Positions 11,642 to 24,859 of a DNA stretch of 64,000 nt are shown here, in pieces; within the stretch, counting starts at the first letter, position 1, and each line of letters begins with the position of its first letter. Source of the DNA: Mobula hypostoma (taxonomy: Eukaryota); assembly GCF_963921235.1 (NCBI RefSeq), contig NC_086108.1, forward strand, positions 107,200,001 through 107,264,000, in the 5' to 3' direction. The translations under genes and the position numbers were made by a program. The notes below the pieces were generated by a model that did no database searches, was not told the origin of the DNA, and saw only the letters and a list, made by a program, of their open reading frames with translations.

Positions 11642-12695
11642 TTCCTAACTTGACACAATTCAGATAGTAACCTGCCTTCCTGTTCTTGCCACCAAAGTGG
11701 ATAACCTCACATTTATCCACATTAAACTGCAATTGCCATGCATCTGCCCACTCACCCAGCCTGTCCAAGTCACCCTGCATTCTCATAACATCCTCCTCAC
11801 ATTTCACACTGCCACCCAGCTTTGTGTCATCTGCAAATTTGCTAACGTTACTTTTAATCCCTTCAACTAAATCATTAATGTACAAACGTATATTGTAAAT
11901 AGCTGTGGTCCCAGCACCAAGCTTTGAGGTATCCCACTAGTCACTGTCTGCCATTCTGAAAGAGACCCGTTAATCTCTACTCTTTATTTCCTGTCTGCCA
12001 ACCAATTTTCTATCCATGTCAGTACCCTACCCCCAATACCATGTGCTCCAATTTTGCCCACTAATCTCCTATGTGGGACCTTATCAAGGGCTTTCTGAAA
12101 GTCCAGGTACACTTCATCCACTGACTCTCCCTTGTCCATTTTCATAGTTACATCCTCAAAAAATTCCAGAAGATTAGTCAAGCGTAATTTCCCCTTCGTA
12201 AATCCACGCTGACTCTGACTGATCCTGTTACTGCTATCCAAATGTGCCACTATTTCATCTTTTATAATTGACTTCTTCCCCACCACTGATGTCAAGCTAA
12301 CTGGTCTATAATTTCCTGTTTTCTCTCTTCCTCCTTTCTTAAAAAGTGGGATAACATTAGCTACCCTCCAATCCACAGGAACTGATCCTGAATCTATAGA
12401 ACATTGGAAAATTATTACCAATGCGCCCACGATTTCTAGAGCCACCTCCTTAAGTACCCTGGGATGCAGACCATCAGGCCCTGGGGAATTATCAGCCTTC
12501 AGTCCCATCAGTCTATCCAACACCATTTTCTGCCTAATGTGAATTTCCTTCAGTTCCTCCGTTACCCTAGGTCCTCCGGCCACTATTACATGTGGGAGAT
12601 TGTTTGTGTCTTCCCGAGTGAAGACAGATCCAAAGTACCTGTTCAACTTGTCTGCCATTTCTTTGTTCCCCATAATAAATTTACCCGTTTCTGCC
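11642..12695 (-). mobile_element. Internal CR1 ORF2 (RT) fragment truncated at both ends
   Basis: SPGPDGLHPRVLKE, NYRPVSLTS, YLDFQKA, SKFADDTKLGG. Confidence 0.92.
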
Positions 12696-13509
12696 AGTTC
12701 TCTGCTGTACAGAAATCCTTGGCTCTGTCTTGGGAGACAACAGAAATATCTCACCTCCAAGAATGAGAGCAATATTTAAAAAATAAAATGATTGTCAGAG
12801 GTTTTTTCTAAACATCAATCACAAAGAAATGCTTGCCTTCATACTTAAAGAAAAAATACAACAAAAAAGCTAGATCTGCTGATTTTTCTAGTCTTCTGAT
12901 GCCTTTGTGGATGCATTGAGACACAGTATAAATATTTCCAAAGAGATAATGTTTGTTTGCCAGAAAGCACCCTTAAAACTACTTACATGCTGAGAATCCA
13001 AGCTCCTGCTGTATGCTGAATGCCTGTGAAACTATTAAATTGTTCAAAGCATTCACAACATGAGTATCTGCAGATCAATACAATTGCAATACTGAACAAG
13101 TCTACCAAGAAAGCAGTATGTTGCATGGTTAAAGGTGCATTACCAGTCTTATTCCCTAATGTATTCCCTTTATTTATCATTTGAGCATTGAGCAAAATGC
13201 CAAACCTCATCATGTCTATCCCAGCAAATTAGGGAGATTCTAGGATTTTGCTGAAGTACTACTTTATATTTTGAAAGGACCTTTGTTATGAGCCAGTGCA
13301 CCCATCAGTTAATTGGTTGATTAGCTATCCGGCCACTCTCGCAGAGAAACGTCATTAAAGAAACATTTATCCAGGGCTTCATGCAAATTTGTTAATATGT
13401 TCTGACGTGAATGTGCCACAGCGAAGAGAGTTAGATAAGTAGAACAAGGATGATACACTAGAAAATATATACTGGTCTGGAGGCGGTGCAGATTGATTAT
13501 GGCGATGAA

Positions 13510-14155
13510 TAAGAATCAGGTTTAATATCACTGGCATATGTTGTGAAATTTGATGCCTTTGCAGCAGCAGTACAGTGCAAAACATAGTAATAGAAAAAAC
13601 ATGAATTACAGTAAGTATATATATTAAATAGTTAAATAAGTAGTTCAAAAATATAAATAAAAAGTATGAAGTAGTGTTCATGAGTTCAAATTCCATTCAG
13701 AAATCGGATGGCCCAGGGGAAAAAGTTGTTCTTGAATTGTTGAATGAGTGCCTTCAGGCTCCTGTACCTCCTTCCCGATGGTAACATTGAGAAGAGGGCA
13801 TGACCTGGGTGATTGGGGTTTATAACGTTAGGTTCCACCTTTTTAAGGCATTGTTCCTTGAAGATCTCCTGAATACTACGGAGTCTAGTGCCAGTAATAG
13901 AGCTGACTAAGTTCACACTCACTGCAGCTTATTTTGGTCCTGTGCAGTAGCCTCCTCCATACCAGATGGTGATGGAACCAGTTAAAATGGTCTCCCCAGT
14001 ACATCTGTAGAAATCTGCGAGTGTCTTTCGTGACATAGCAAATCTCCTCAATCTCCTAATGAAATATAGCTGCTGTCATGCCTTCTTTGTAATTGCATCA
14101 GTATGCTTGACCCAGGATAGATCCTCCCAGATGATGACACCCTGGAACTTGAAGT
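13510..14155 (-). mobile_element. Rex1/Babar 3' fragment
   Basis: HPGHALFSMLPSGRRYRSL..FKNNFFP; tail aatcaggtttaatatcactggc. Confidence 0.75.
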
Positions 14156-14472
14156 TAGCCTAAAGATTAATGACTAGCTTTTTTGCCACATGCACATTAA
14201 AACACACAGTGAAACGCATCGTTTGCTTCCGATCAAACCAGCAAGGATTGATGCTGGGAGCAGCCCACAAATGCTGCAGTGCTTCAGACATCAACATAGC
14301 ATGACCACAGCTTACTAACTTCAACCCATCTTTCTTCGGAATGTGGGAGGAAACCCAAGCACCTGGAAGAAACCCATGCAGTGCAAGCTCTTTATAAACA
14401 GCAGCAGGAATTAGACCCCAAACGTGTTTGTTGGCTCTGTAAAGTGATTGCCCTAACTGCTACTCTACCATA

Positions 14473-14925
14473 ACACACACAAAATGCTGGAAGAACTCAA
14501 CAGGTCAGGCAGCATCTACAGAAATTAATAAACAGTCGATGTTTCAGGCTGAGACCCTACTTCAGGAATGGCGGGGGGTGAGAACGAGGACAAGCTGGAG
14601 GATGATAGGTGAAGGCAGGTTGGTGGGGAATGTAAAGGGCTGGAGAAGAAGGAATCTGATCGGAGAGGAGAGTGGAACATGGGAGAATGGGTGAAGGAGG
14701 GGCATCAGAGGAAAGTGAGGACAAGTCAGTGGCCAGAGAGGGGAATAGAAGAAGAGGGACAGGGGGAGAGATTTTTTTTAAACTGGAAGGAGAAATCAAT
14801 GTTCATGCCATCAGGTTGGAGGCTACACAGACAGAATGTAAGGTGTTGCTCCTCCACCCCAAGAATGGTCTCAATGTGACAGAAGACCATAAGACCATGG
14901 ACCAACATGTCGGAATGGGAATTAC
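14473..14925 (-). mobile_element. Older PLE 3' fragment with GIY-YIG remnant
   Basis: HSDMLVHGL...EEQHLTFCLCSLQPDGMNIDFS; degenerate hammerhead near 14534-14570. Confidence 0.8.
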
Positions 14926-15281
14926 CATGCTCACAGTTGGATATATGTTTATAAAGCAGGGGAATTGAGGGTAGTGGGGAGAAGGCAAGTAGGTGGAGCT
15001 GAGTCCATGCCTGATCACCCAAGAACTTTTTACTGGCACAGCAAGCTTGGTGAGCCAAATGGCTGACTTAAAAAATACAACTGTACTGTAAGCTCCAGGA
15101 GTGTGAGACGGACCCTGTTCAGAGAGGAAGAAAAATTCAGGTCAGTTCTGACGAAACATCATTGATCTGAAAATGTGAACATACAGATATTGTGACAGAC
15201 CTGCAGCAGTTTTTATTTAGAAATAGTAATTCTTCTATTTCTTCAGAGAAATATATTGCCTGATCCTTGGGGGAATATATA

Positions 15282-16246
15282 CACTTTTTGGCCAGTTACA
15301 GAAGTGGAACTTGGTGTGATCTGCTGCTGCTGTAGCCCATCGATTTCCGGGTTCAGAGTGTTGTGCATTTTGAGATGATCTTCTGCATGCTGCTGTTGTA
15401 ATGCATGGCTAGTTGAGTTGCTGTCACCTTCCTCATGGCTATAACCAGTCTGGCTACTCTGCTCTGACCTCTCTCATTAACAAGACTAATAAAACTCCCA
15501 CTCAGCAGATTTTAGCTTTTTTTTTGCACCATTCTTTGTAAACTCTAAATACTGTTGAGTGTGAAATTCCCAGGAGATCAGCAGCTTCTGCAATACTTTT
15601 GGACTGTATTCCTTGGAGTTTAGGAGAATGAGGGGAGACCTCATAGAAACATTTCGAATGTTGAAAGGCATGGACAGATTGGATGTGGCAAAGTTGTTTC
15701 CCATGATGGAGGAGTCTAGTACAAAAGGGCATGACTTAAGGATTGAAGGGCACTCATTCAGACCAGAAATGCGAAGAAATTTTTTTAGTTAGAGGGTGGT
15801 GAATCTATGGAATTTGTTGCCACGGGCAGCAGTGGAGGCCAAGTCATTGGGTGTATTTAAGGCAGAGATTGATAGGTATCTGAGTAGCCAAGGCATCAAA
15901 AGTTATGGTGAGAAGGCGGGGGAGTGGGACTAAATGGGAGAATGGATCAGCTCATGATAAAATGGTGGAGCAGACTCGATGGGCCGAATGGCCGACTTCT
16001 GCTCCTTTGTCTTATGGTCTTATGGTCTACTCAAACCACCCTGTCTGGCACTGACAATCATTCCATGGTCAAAGTCACTTTGGTCACATTTCTTCCCCAT
16101 TCCGCTGTTTGCTCTGAATAGTAAATGAACTTCTTGACATGTCTGAATACTTTTATGCATTGAGTTCCTGCCATTTTATTAGCTGATTAGATACTTGCAT
16201 TAACGAGCAGGTGTACAGATGTACATAATAAAGTGGTTATTGTGTG
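15282..16246 (-). mobile_element. Non-autonomous Tc1/mariner element, interrupted by a CR1 3' piece
   Basis: TA-flanked degenerate TIRs (tacactttttggcc / taataaagtggttattgtgtgta); minus-strand peptide IAEAADLLGISHSTVFRVYKEWCKK (Tc1 HTH); homologous to 23792-24355. Confidence 0.8.
15598..16029 (+). mobile_element. CR1 3' fragment nested in the Tc1 element
   Basis: GLYSLEFRRMRGDLIETF; tail cttatggtcttatggtct. Confidence 0.88.
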
Positions 16247-17016
16247 TAATTTTTCAAGGCTTGTTCACAAACTAGTGTCAAAATTAAGGGCCTCTTCAGT
16301 TTCACTGTGTCTCAAAAATGAGGAAATTGGAAATGGAATTTGTTTGTTATTGTTTCATGTACTGAGATGCAGTGAAAAAGTTGTCCTGCACCCTGTAATG
16401 CAGATCAGATCATTACACAGTGCATTGAGCTACAATTATGTAAAACAGTAACAATGCAGAATGAAGTGTAAAAGCTACTGAAATTGTGCAGTGCAGATAC
16501 ATGACAAAGTGCAAGATCATAATGAGGTAGACCACAAGGCCAAGAGTCCATCTTATTGTACAAGAATTCCATTCAAGAGGCTGATAACAGTGGGATAGAA
16601 GCTCTCCTTGAGCCTGGTGGGGCGTGCTTTAAGGCTTTTGTATCTTCGGCCCAGTAGGAGAGGGGAGAAGAGAAAATGTCCAGGGGCTGGTGGGGTGCTG
16701 GTGGGTGGAAAGAGCCCCCCTGGGTCTCTACGGCTTGCCATAGAGCATTGGGCTTCTGGGTTTCTTGAGTACCTGTATTTACTAATAGTTATCGTAACTA
16801 GAGTCATTAAGCCCTAATGCTTCCTATTTAATTTTATTAAGTAAACTGTGATTGGCATGGGTTTTCCGCCCTCTACGATTATGTAATTCAGACTCTCGAT
16901 TAGCGCTATGCGTGGAGTTCTTGTGTTGAGAATGATTTGTCGCACGGTGTCGCTTGGTCATGTCACCGTATGTTCTGCTGGTGTTCCTTTCCATAACCTC
17001 TTCTTTCTGTCTTTAG

Positions 17017-17130
17017 TTGGCAGTCTGCGGTTCCTCTGCTCCTGCGTTGAGCCATTGCGCTTCACACCGTGACACAGCCTGCCGGCCCTCCGCACCTGGG
17101 TTCAGTCGTTGCCACCACGCACCCTGGCGG
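17017..17130 (+). CDS. Candidate 114-nt phase-0 internal exon of an unidentified host gene (LAVCGSSAPALSHCASHRDTACRPSAPGFSRCHHAPWR)
   Basis: Strong acceptor ctcttctttctgtctttAG (AG at 17015-17016); possible donor CGG|GTGGGC at 17131; length divisible by 3; only frame 1 is open; many CpGs retained; no TE motif. Confidence 0.4.
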
Positions 17131-20100
17131 GTGGGCTTAGGCCTTAGAACAGGACAAAACATGAACAGGCTCTTCTGTCTACAATGCTGTGCTGAGCTAA
17201 TTAAACTAGGAATTAAAAGCCTACTCAACGAGTCCCTTCTGCCTGCACAAATCCATGTCCTCCATTCTCTGCATGTAGTTAGGATGAGAGGGGAGTTAAA
17301 TGCCTACTCAACGACTCCCTTCTGTCTGCACAAATCCACATAAAACCATAAGATATAGGAGCAGAATTAGGCAATTCAGGCTATTGAGTCCGCTCCGCCA
17401 TCCCATCATGGAAGATTTTGAGGATTCCAAGCAATCTCATACACCTGCCTTCTTGCCACGTCCTTTGCTACCTTGACCGATCAGGAATCGATCAACTTCC
17501 ACCCTAACTATACCCACAGATTTGGCCTCCACTGCAGTCTCTGGCAGCGCATTCCACAGATTCTCCACTCTCTGGCTAAAAAAAATTCCTCCTTACCTCT
17601 GTTCTGAAAGGTCGCCCATCAGTTTTGAAGCTCTGCCCTCTAGTTCTGGATACCCCCACCACAGGAAACATACTCTAAACACCCACCATATCTAGTCCTT
17701 TTATCATTCGGTAGGTTTCAATGAGACACCACTGACATTCTTCTAAGTTCCAGTGAATACAGGCCCGAAGCTTCCAAACACTCCACATATGTTAACCCCT
17801 TCATTCCTGGAATCATCCTTGTGAACCTCCTCTGGGCTGTCTCCAATGACAACACATCCTTTCTAAAGTATGGGGCCCAGAACAGTGAACAGTACTTCTA
17901 GTGCGGCCTGACTAGTATCTTCTAAAAACCTCTGCATTATCTCCTTGCTTTTATATTCTATTCCCCTTGAAATAAATGCCAACATTGCATTTGCCTTCTT
18001 TACCACAGACTCAACCTGTAAATTAACCTTCTGGGAGTCTTGCACGAGGACTCCCAGGACCCTCTGCACCTCTGATGTTTGAACCTTCTCCCTGTGTAGA
18101 TAACAGTGTGCGCTTAGCAAAATGCTTTATCAGACATTTCCCAACATTGTATTCCATCTGCCACTTATTTTTCCCCTTCTTCCAATTTGTCTAAGTCCTG
18201 CTGCAATCACATTGCTTCCTCAGCACTACCTACCCCTCCACCTATCTTTGTATCTTTGCCACAAGGTCATCAATTCCATTATCCAAATCATTGATAAACA
18301 ATGTGAAAAGTAGCGGTCCCAATACCAGCCCCTGAGGAACACCTCTAGTTACCGGCAGCCAACCAGAAAAGGCCCCTTTTATTCCCACTCACTGCATCCT
18401 GCCTGTCAGCCATTCCTCTATCTATGCCAGTATCTTTCATATAACGCCATAGGGTTTTATCTTATTAAGCAGCCTCATGTGTGGCATCTTATCAAATGCT
18501 TTCTGAAAATCCAAGTAAATGACATCCACTGCCTCTCCTTTGTCCACCCTGCTTGTTACTTCGTCAAAGAACTCTAACAGATTTGTCAGGTAAGACTTCC
18601 CTTCACATAAACCATGACGACTTTGAGATATTTTATCATTAGTCTCCATGTACCGCAAAATCTCATCCTTAATAATAGACTTCAACACTTTCCAAACCAC
18701 TGAGGTTAGGCTAATTGGCCTATAATTTCCTTTCTTTTGTCTTCCTTCCTTCTTAAAGAGTAGTGTCTTATTTGCAAACTTCCTGTCCACCAGGACCATG
18801 CCAGAATCGAGTGATTCTTGAAAGATCATGATCAATGCATCCGATATCTCTTCAGCAATCTCTCAGTACTCTGGAATGTAGTCCATCTGGTCCAGGTGAC
18901 TTATCCATCTTAAGACCTTTGAGTTTGCCTTGCACATTTTCCTTGGTAGCAGCAATGGCACTCACTCCTGCTCCCTGGCACTCATGGACCTTTGACACAC
19001 TGCTAGTGTTTTCCACAGTGAAGACACATGCAAAGTATCTGCCTTCATCTGCCATTTTTTGTTCCCCATTACTACCTCATTAGCATAATTTTTCAGTGAA
19101 CCACTATCAATTCCCATCTCCCATTACTCTTTATATAACTGAAAAAGATTTTGGTGTCCTGCTTTATGTTATTGGCTAGGATGCCCTCATATTTCATCTT
19201 TTCCCTTTTTATAGTTTTTTTAGTTTCCTTTTGATGGATTTTAAAAGCTTTCCAATCATCCAACATCCCATTCATTTTTGTTACATTATATGGCCTTTTA
19301 TTAGTTTTTATGTAGCCCTTAACTTCCCTTGTCATCTACAGTTGCCCCTTGCCATTTGAGATCAACTTCTTATGTGGAACATATCTATTCTGCACCTTGT
19401 GAACTATTCCTGGAAACTTCAGCCATCTCTGCTCTGATGTCATCCCTGCCAGTATCCTCCTCCAGTCCACCTGGGCAAGCTCCTCTTTCATGCCTCTGTG
19501 ATTCCCTTTATTCCATTGCAATACTGATACACGTGAGTTATGCCCCTCCCTCTCAAATTGGAGTATGATCACTGCCTCCAAAGGGTTCCTTGACATTAAG
19601 ATCCCTTATTAGATCTGGGTTACTGATCTGAGATAGCCTTTCCCTGAGTAGGCTTGAGCACAAGTTGCTCTAAAAAGCTAGCTAGTAGGCATTCAACAAA
19701 TTCCCTCTCTTGCAATCCGACACCAACCTGATTTTCCCAATCCCCTTACATACTGAAGTTTCCATTGCAATTATTACATTACCCTTTTTACATACATTTT
19801 CCAGCTCCCTTTCCAATCTCAATGCCACATCTTAGCTAATATTTGTATGCCTGTATAAAATCCCCAGAATGGTTTCCTTACCCTTGCAGTTTCTTAACTC
19901 CACCCACAAAGATTCAACATTATCTGACCCTATGTCTTCCCTTTCTAAAGATGTAATTCCATCTCTTACCAACAAAGCCCACCATCGCCTATGCCTTCCT
20001 GTCTGTCCTTTTGCTACAAACTACATCCTTTGATGTTAAGCTCCCAACTATGGCCTCCTTTCAGCCCCAACTCAAAGATGCCCAAAAATGTCATGCTGAC

Positions 20101-21591
20101 CAATCTCTAATTGTGTCACGAGTTCGTCCACGTTATTCCGAATGCTACACGCATACAAATACAGCACCTACAGCCTGCAGTCTTCGCCCTTTTGAATTTT
20201 GCCTCAATTTAACTCTTTGCTCTGTCTTTATTTGTTCCCAATCATTGGTTTGTCCATCCTTACATTCATGTTACATCCATCATCTACTTGTAAACCTGCT
20301 GGCTCATCCTCAGCTCTATCATACTGGTTCCCATCCTCCTGCCATATTAGTTTAAACCACTCCAACAGCTCTAGTAAACCTGCCCGCAAGAGAGTCCCCT
20401 TTTACTGCTGCCATCTGGAACGTCAACTGGAATGTCTTTTATGATGAGGATGCTCCAAGTTCATTGATGGAGTCACGTGCTTCATCCGGAAATGCATCGA
20501 TGATGTTCTCCCCCAGAAGTCGGTCGGGGTCTTTCCGAACCAGAAACCCTGGATCAATAGTTCTGTGCGAGCAGCACTTACAGCGCGACATCGACTTTAC
20601 ACCGCTGAAGATCAACTAGAGCCCAAGAAAACCAGCTATGATCTGTGCAAAGCTATCAAGGCTGCGAAACAACAACACAGGGAGAAGATTGAATCAAGAT
20701 TCACAACGAATAACAAACGTGACTTATGGCATGTGTTGCATACCATCGCAGACTTCAAAGCCAAATGTTGTGGTGCCGCCAACATCGAAGCCTCTCTCCC
20801 AGATGAGCTCAATCACTTTTATATTAGGTTCAACGTCGCTAACTCTGAGCCTCCGAGGAATGCCACCGCTACAAGCTGCAACCTGGTCATCTCTGAGGCT
20901 GAGGTACGCAGACGTTTCCAATGAGTGGACTGTCGCAAGGCTGCAGGACCGGACTTTGTCCCAGGGCGAGTACTCAGGATGTGCGCAGCATAATGGGCAG
21001 ATGTGTTTACAGACATTTTTAATCTCTTTCTGTCCCAGTGTAGAGTGCCCTTCTGCTTCAAATTATCCACCATTGTCCCTGTACCAAAAAAGACCAAGGT
21101 AACATGCCTGAACGACTGTTGCACTCACCTCAATAATAAGCAAATGGTTTGAGAGACTGGTCAAGGATTACATCTGTAGCTTGCTACCACCCAAACTGGA
21201 CCCTTTACAATTCGCCTACCGACACAACCAATCGACAGATGATGCAATAGACACTGCTCTACATACCATTCTTACACATCTGGAAAAGAAGGATACCTAT
21301 GTGAGAATGCTGTTCTTGGACTGCAGTTCAGCATTCATCAACAGATTCCATCCAGACTTGACAGAAAGATCAGAGACCTCGGCCTTGACCCTGCTTTGTG
21401 GAGCTGGATCCTGCACTTCCTGTCAGATCACAGGCAGGTGGTAAGAGTGGGATCCCTCACCTCTGCCTCTCTGACTTTCAACACAGGAGCCCCTCAGGGC
21501 TGGGTACTGAGTCCCCTCCTTTACTCCCTGTATACCCTTGACTTTATTGCCACCCACAGCTCCAATCTGCTAATTAAATTTGCCAACAACA

Positions 21592-21893
21592 GGAATTCTA
21601 CAGATGCTGGAAATTCAAGCAACACACATCAAAGTTGCTGGTGGACGCAGCAGGCCAGGCAGCATCTCTAGGAAGAGGTACAGTCGACGTTTCAGGCTGA
21701 GACCCTTCGTCAGGACTAACTGACGGAAGAGTTAGTAAGAGATTTGAAAGTGGGAGGGGGAGGGGGAGATCCAAAACGATAAGAGAAGACAGGAGGGGAG
21801 AGAGATGGAGCCAAGAGCTGGACAGGTGATTGGCAAAGGGGATATGAGAGATCATGGGACAGGAGGCCCAGGGAGAAAGACAAGGGGGGGGGT
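21592..21893 (-). mobile_element. PLE 3' fragment with 21-bp TSD, inserted in the Rex1 RT
   Basis: TSD taattaaatttgcc(a/g)acaaca at 21571-21591 and 21894-21914. Confidence 0.9.
21682..21717 (-). ncRNA. Minimal type I hammerhead ribozyme, intact core
   Basis: Minus strand agtc-CTGACGA-agg gtctcag cct-GAAA-CGTC-gact. Confidence 0.8.
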
Positions 21894-23791
21894 TAATTAA
21901 ATTTGCCGACAACATTACTACATTGATTGCCCTTATCTCAAACGATAACGAGGTGGCCTACAGGGAAGAAGTCATCTCTCTGACACAGTGGCGTCAAGAA
22001 AACAACCTCTCCTTCAATGTCGCAAAGACAAAGGAGCTAGTTGTGGATTACAGGAGGAATGGAGACTGGTTAACCCCTATTGACATCAATGGATCTGGGA
22101 TTGAGAGGGTTAACAGCTTCAAGGTCCTTGGCATTCACATCACCGAGGACCTCAGGTGGTCTGTACATACTAGCTGTGTGGTGAAAAAGGCACAACAGTG
22201 CCTCTTTCACTTCAGATGATTGAGGAAGTTTGGTATGGGCCCCCAGATCCTAAAAACTTCTTACAGGGCACAATTGAGAGCATCCTGACTGGCTGTATCA
22301 CTGCCTGGTATGGGACTTGTACCTCCCTTAATCGCAGGACTCTGCAGAGAGTGGTGCAGACAGCCCAGTGTATCTATAGTTGTGAACTTCCCATGATTCA
22401 GGACATTTACAAGGACAGGTGTGTAAAAAGGGGCCAAAAGGTCATTGGGGACCCAATTCATCCCAGTCACAAACTATTCCAGCTGCTACCATCTGGGAAG
22501 CAGTAGCATAGCATAAAAGCCAAGACCAACAGGCTCCGGGACAACTTCTTCCACCAGGCCATCAGAGTGATTAATTCACACTGACTTGAGAATTCTCTAT
22601 ATTTCATTGACTGTTCCATTCATTACAAATTATTATAAACTACTATGATTGCATATTGCACATTTAGATGGAGAGGTAACTCCTCAAGTATGTGAAGGAT
22701 GTAAGAAATAAAGTCAATTCAATTCAATTCAGTCCTCTTCAATTCCCTACCCTTCTGAGCCACAGAGCAAGGCTCAGTGCCAGAGGTACGGCTGCTGTTG
22801 CTTCTCCTAGGTAGGTCATCACCCCCAAAAGAACTCAAAATGGAGTACTTATTGTTGAGGGGGACGGCTACAGGGGCACTCTCCAATGTCTGATATCCTC
22901 CCTTCCCTCTCCTGACAGTTACCCATTTATCGGCCTCTTCCTTAACAAACCGAAGGTCATCGAGCTGCAGCTCCAGTTGCCTAACACGGTCTCTAAGGAG
23001 CTAACCTCAATGCACCTAGTGTAGATATGGTCATCAGTGAGCTAGAAGTCTCCCAGAAATCCCATACCTGACACCCAGACCAGAACACTGGTTCTGTAGT
23101 CGTACCCCCTATTCTCTCAAGAGTTATTAATAGAAAAAAGGAATGAACTCACCTTCTTACCTTGCCTCCACCTGTTCTCAGCAAAGCCCTGTTGAGCCTA
23201 AGCCTTACTATTCCGACAATGACCACTCCCACGATGACCGCTCCGCCTGGTGGTACCTCTCAGTTATAGAGACTGGATTTTTAAAGCTCTTCACCGGACC
23301 TGTACAGAAATGCTTCTGCTGAGTTTGCACAGTACTCCAATCAGCCCTCCATGCTCTATATGGAGTTAGGTGAGAGGGGAATTAAAAGCTTATTCCACTA
23401 ATCCCTTCTGCCTGCACAAATGCACATCCCTTCATTCTCTGTGTGGATTTAGGGTGAGAGGGGAAAAGATTTAAAATGGGCCTGAGGTGTAACTTTTTAG
23501 CACAGAGACGGATCAGAATATGGAATGAGCTGCCAGAAGAAGATTTTCAGAAAGTTACAGTAGCATTATACACAAAACACTTGAATAGGTACATGGAGCG
23601 GTGAGACTCACAGGAGTATGGGCCAAATGCAGGAAATTGGCACTGGCTGAGTGGGCACTGATGTTGGTACATACTCGTTGACTAAAGAGCCTGTTTTGCA
23701 CTGTGTGTTTATCACGTTATGGCTGGGTAGTGGTTGTTAACGCAGATGACACACTTCAAATTTCAGAGCAAAGTTATTATTAAACTACAGA

Positions 23792-24355
23792 CACTTAGTG
23801 GCATCTTTATTAGGTACTCCCATATGTTTGCTCGTTAATGTAAATATCTAATCAGCCAATCAATGTGGCAATAACTCAATAGATAAAAGCATGCAGACGT
23901 GGTCAAGAGGTTCAGTTGTTGTTCAGACCAAACATCAGAAAGGGGCAGAAATGTGATCGAAGTGACTTTGACCGTGGAATAATTGTTGGTGCCAGACGGG
24001 GTGGTTTGGGTATTTCAGAAACTGTTGATCTGGGATTTTCATGCTTAACATTCTCCAGAGTTTACAGAGAATGGTCCAAAAAACAAATATCCAGTAAATG
24101 GCAGTTCTGTTGGCGAAAATGCCTTGTTAATGAGAGCGGTCAGAGGCGAATGACCAGACTGGTTCAAGCTGACAGGAAGGTGACAGTAACTCAAATAACC
24201 ATGCGTTAAAACAGTGGTGTGCAGAAGAGCATCTCTGGGCTCACAACACATCAAAGCTCGAAGAGGATTGTGTACAGCAGCAGAAGATCATGAACATACT
24301 ATCACTGGCCTATTTATTACTTACAGGAACCACCTAATTCAGTGGTCACTGAGTG
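23792..24355 (+). mobile_element. Non-autonomous Tc1/mariner element retaining the transposase N-terminal HTH region
   Basis: TIRs cacttagtggcatctttattaggta / acctaattcagtggtcactgagtg-TA; ORF 23916-24209 SDFDRGIIVGARRGGLGISET...SRVYREW...LVQADRKVTVTQIT. Confidence 0.87.
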
Positions 24356-24859
24356 TAGGACAGTACAGTCCTGTTAGCCCTCGCTCTCAGGCCTGACTAT
24401 ACCTACAAAGACACACATGAAAAATAAGTCCTGAAGGCCTGTGTTTGACCCTTCCTTCTTGAAGTCTGTCCTCTCCATGGAAGAGGGAAAACAAAGGTCA
24501 TGGTTCCTTATTTCTAGAGACACAAGAGACTGCAGATGATGGAAATTGGATGAACAGGCAATCAGCCGGAGGAACTTAGTGTGTTCATCAGCTTCCCACA
24601 GATGCTATTTGACTTATTGAATTTCTGCAGCAGATTCTTGTTGTTAGTCTTTTCCTAATTCCACCTCCATTTGACTCTTTATTCTTTTGTTCTTTTTTAT
24701 ACGGACCATCACGGGCAAAGCCCTCCCACCATTGACACGTTTACAAGGAGCGCTACCATAAGAATCCAATCCTGGCCATGCTCTCTTTTCACTACTACTG
24801 TTGAGCAGGAGGATTAGGAGCCTTAATTGCCACACCAACAGATACTGGAACACTGCAGT

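Larger units (their letters stand above)
20396..22731 (+). mobile_element. Rex1/Babar LINE, long decayed ORF, nested in the CR1
   Basis: NQKPWINSSV, SLPDELNHFY, LDPLQFAYR, YVRMLFLDCSSAF, GAPQGWVLSP, LIKFAD, VAKTKELVVDYRR; (caatt)n tail; possible TSD agtcccctt/agtcctctt. Confidence 0.9.
17343..23300 (-). mobile_element. Near full-length decayed CR1 LINE: ORF2 and 3' UTR about 17343-20390, ORF1 and 5' part about 22731-23300, split by a Rex1 insertion
   Basis: RT motifs in 17863-19055, endonuclease-region remnants to about 20170, ORF1-like RDRVRQLELQLDDL near 22955-22995; aaccataagatataggagc tail. Confidence 0.85.

Noticed and set aside
12987..13023. 37-nt minus-strand micro-exon (tttcacag ... 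GTAAGT)
   Set aside because: Weak pyrimidine tract, not frame-preserving, no recognisable peptide in any frame
15145..15180. CTGACGA...GAAAATG hammerhead-like motif
   Set aside because: Stem II and helix III are not supported; at most a decayed tail of another PLE family
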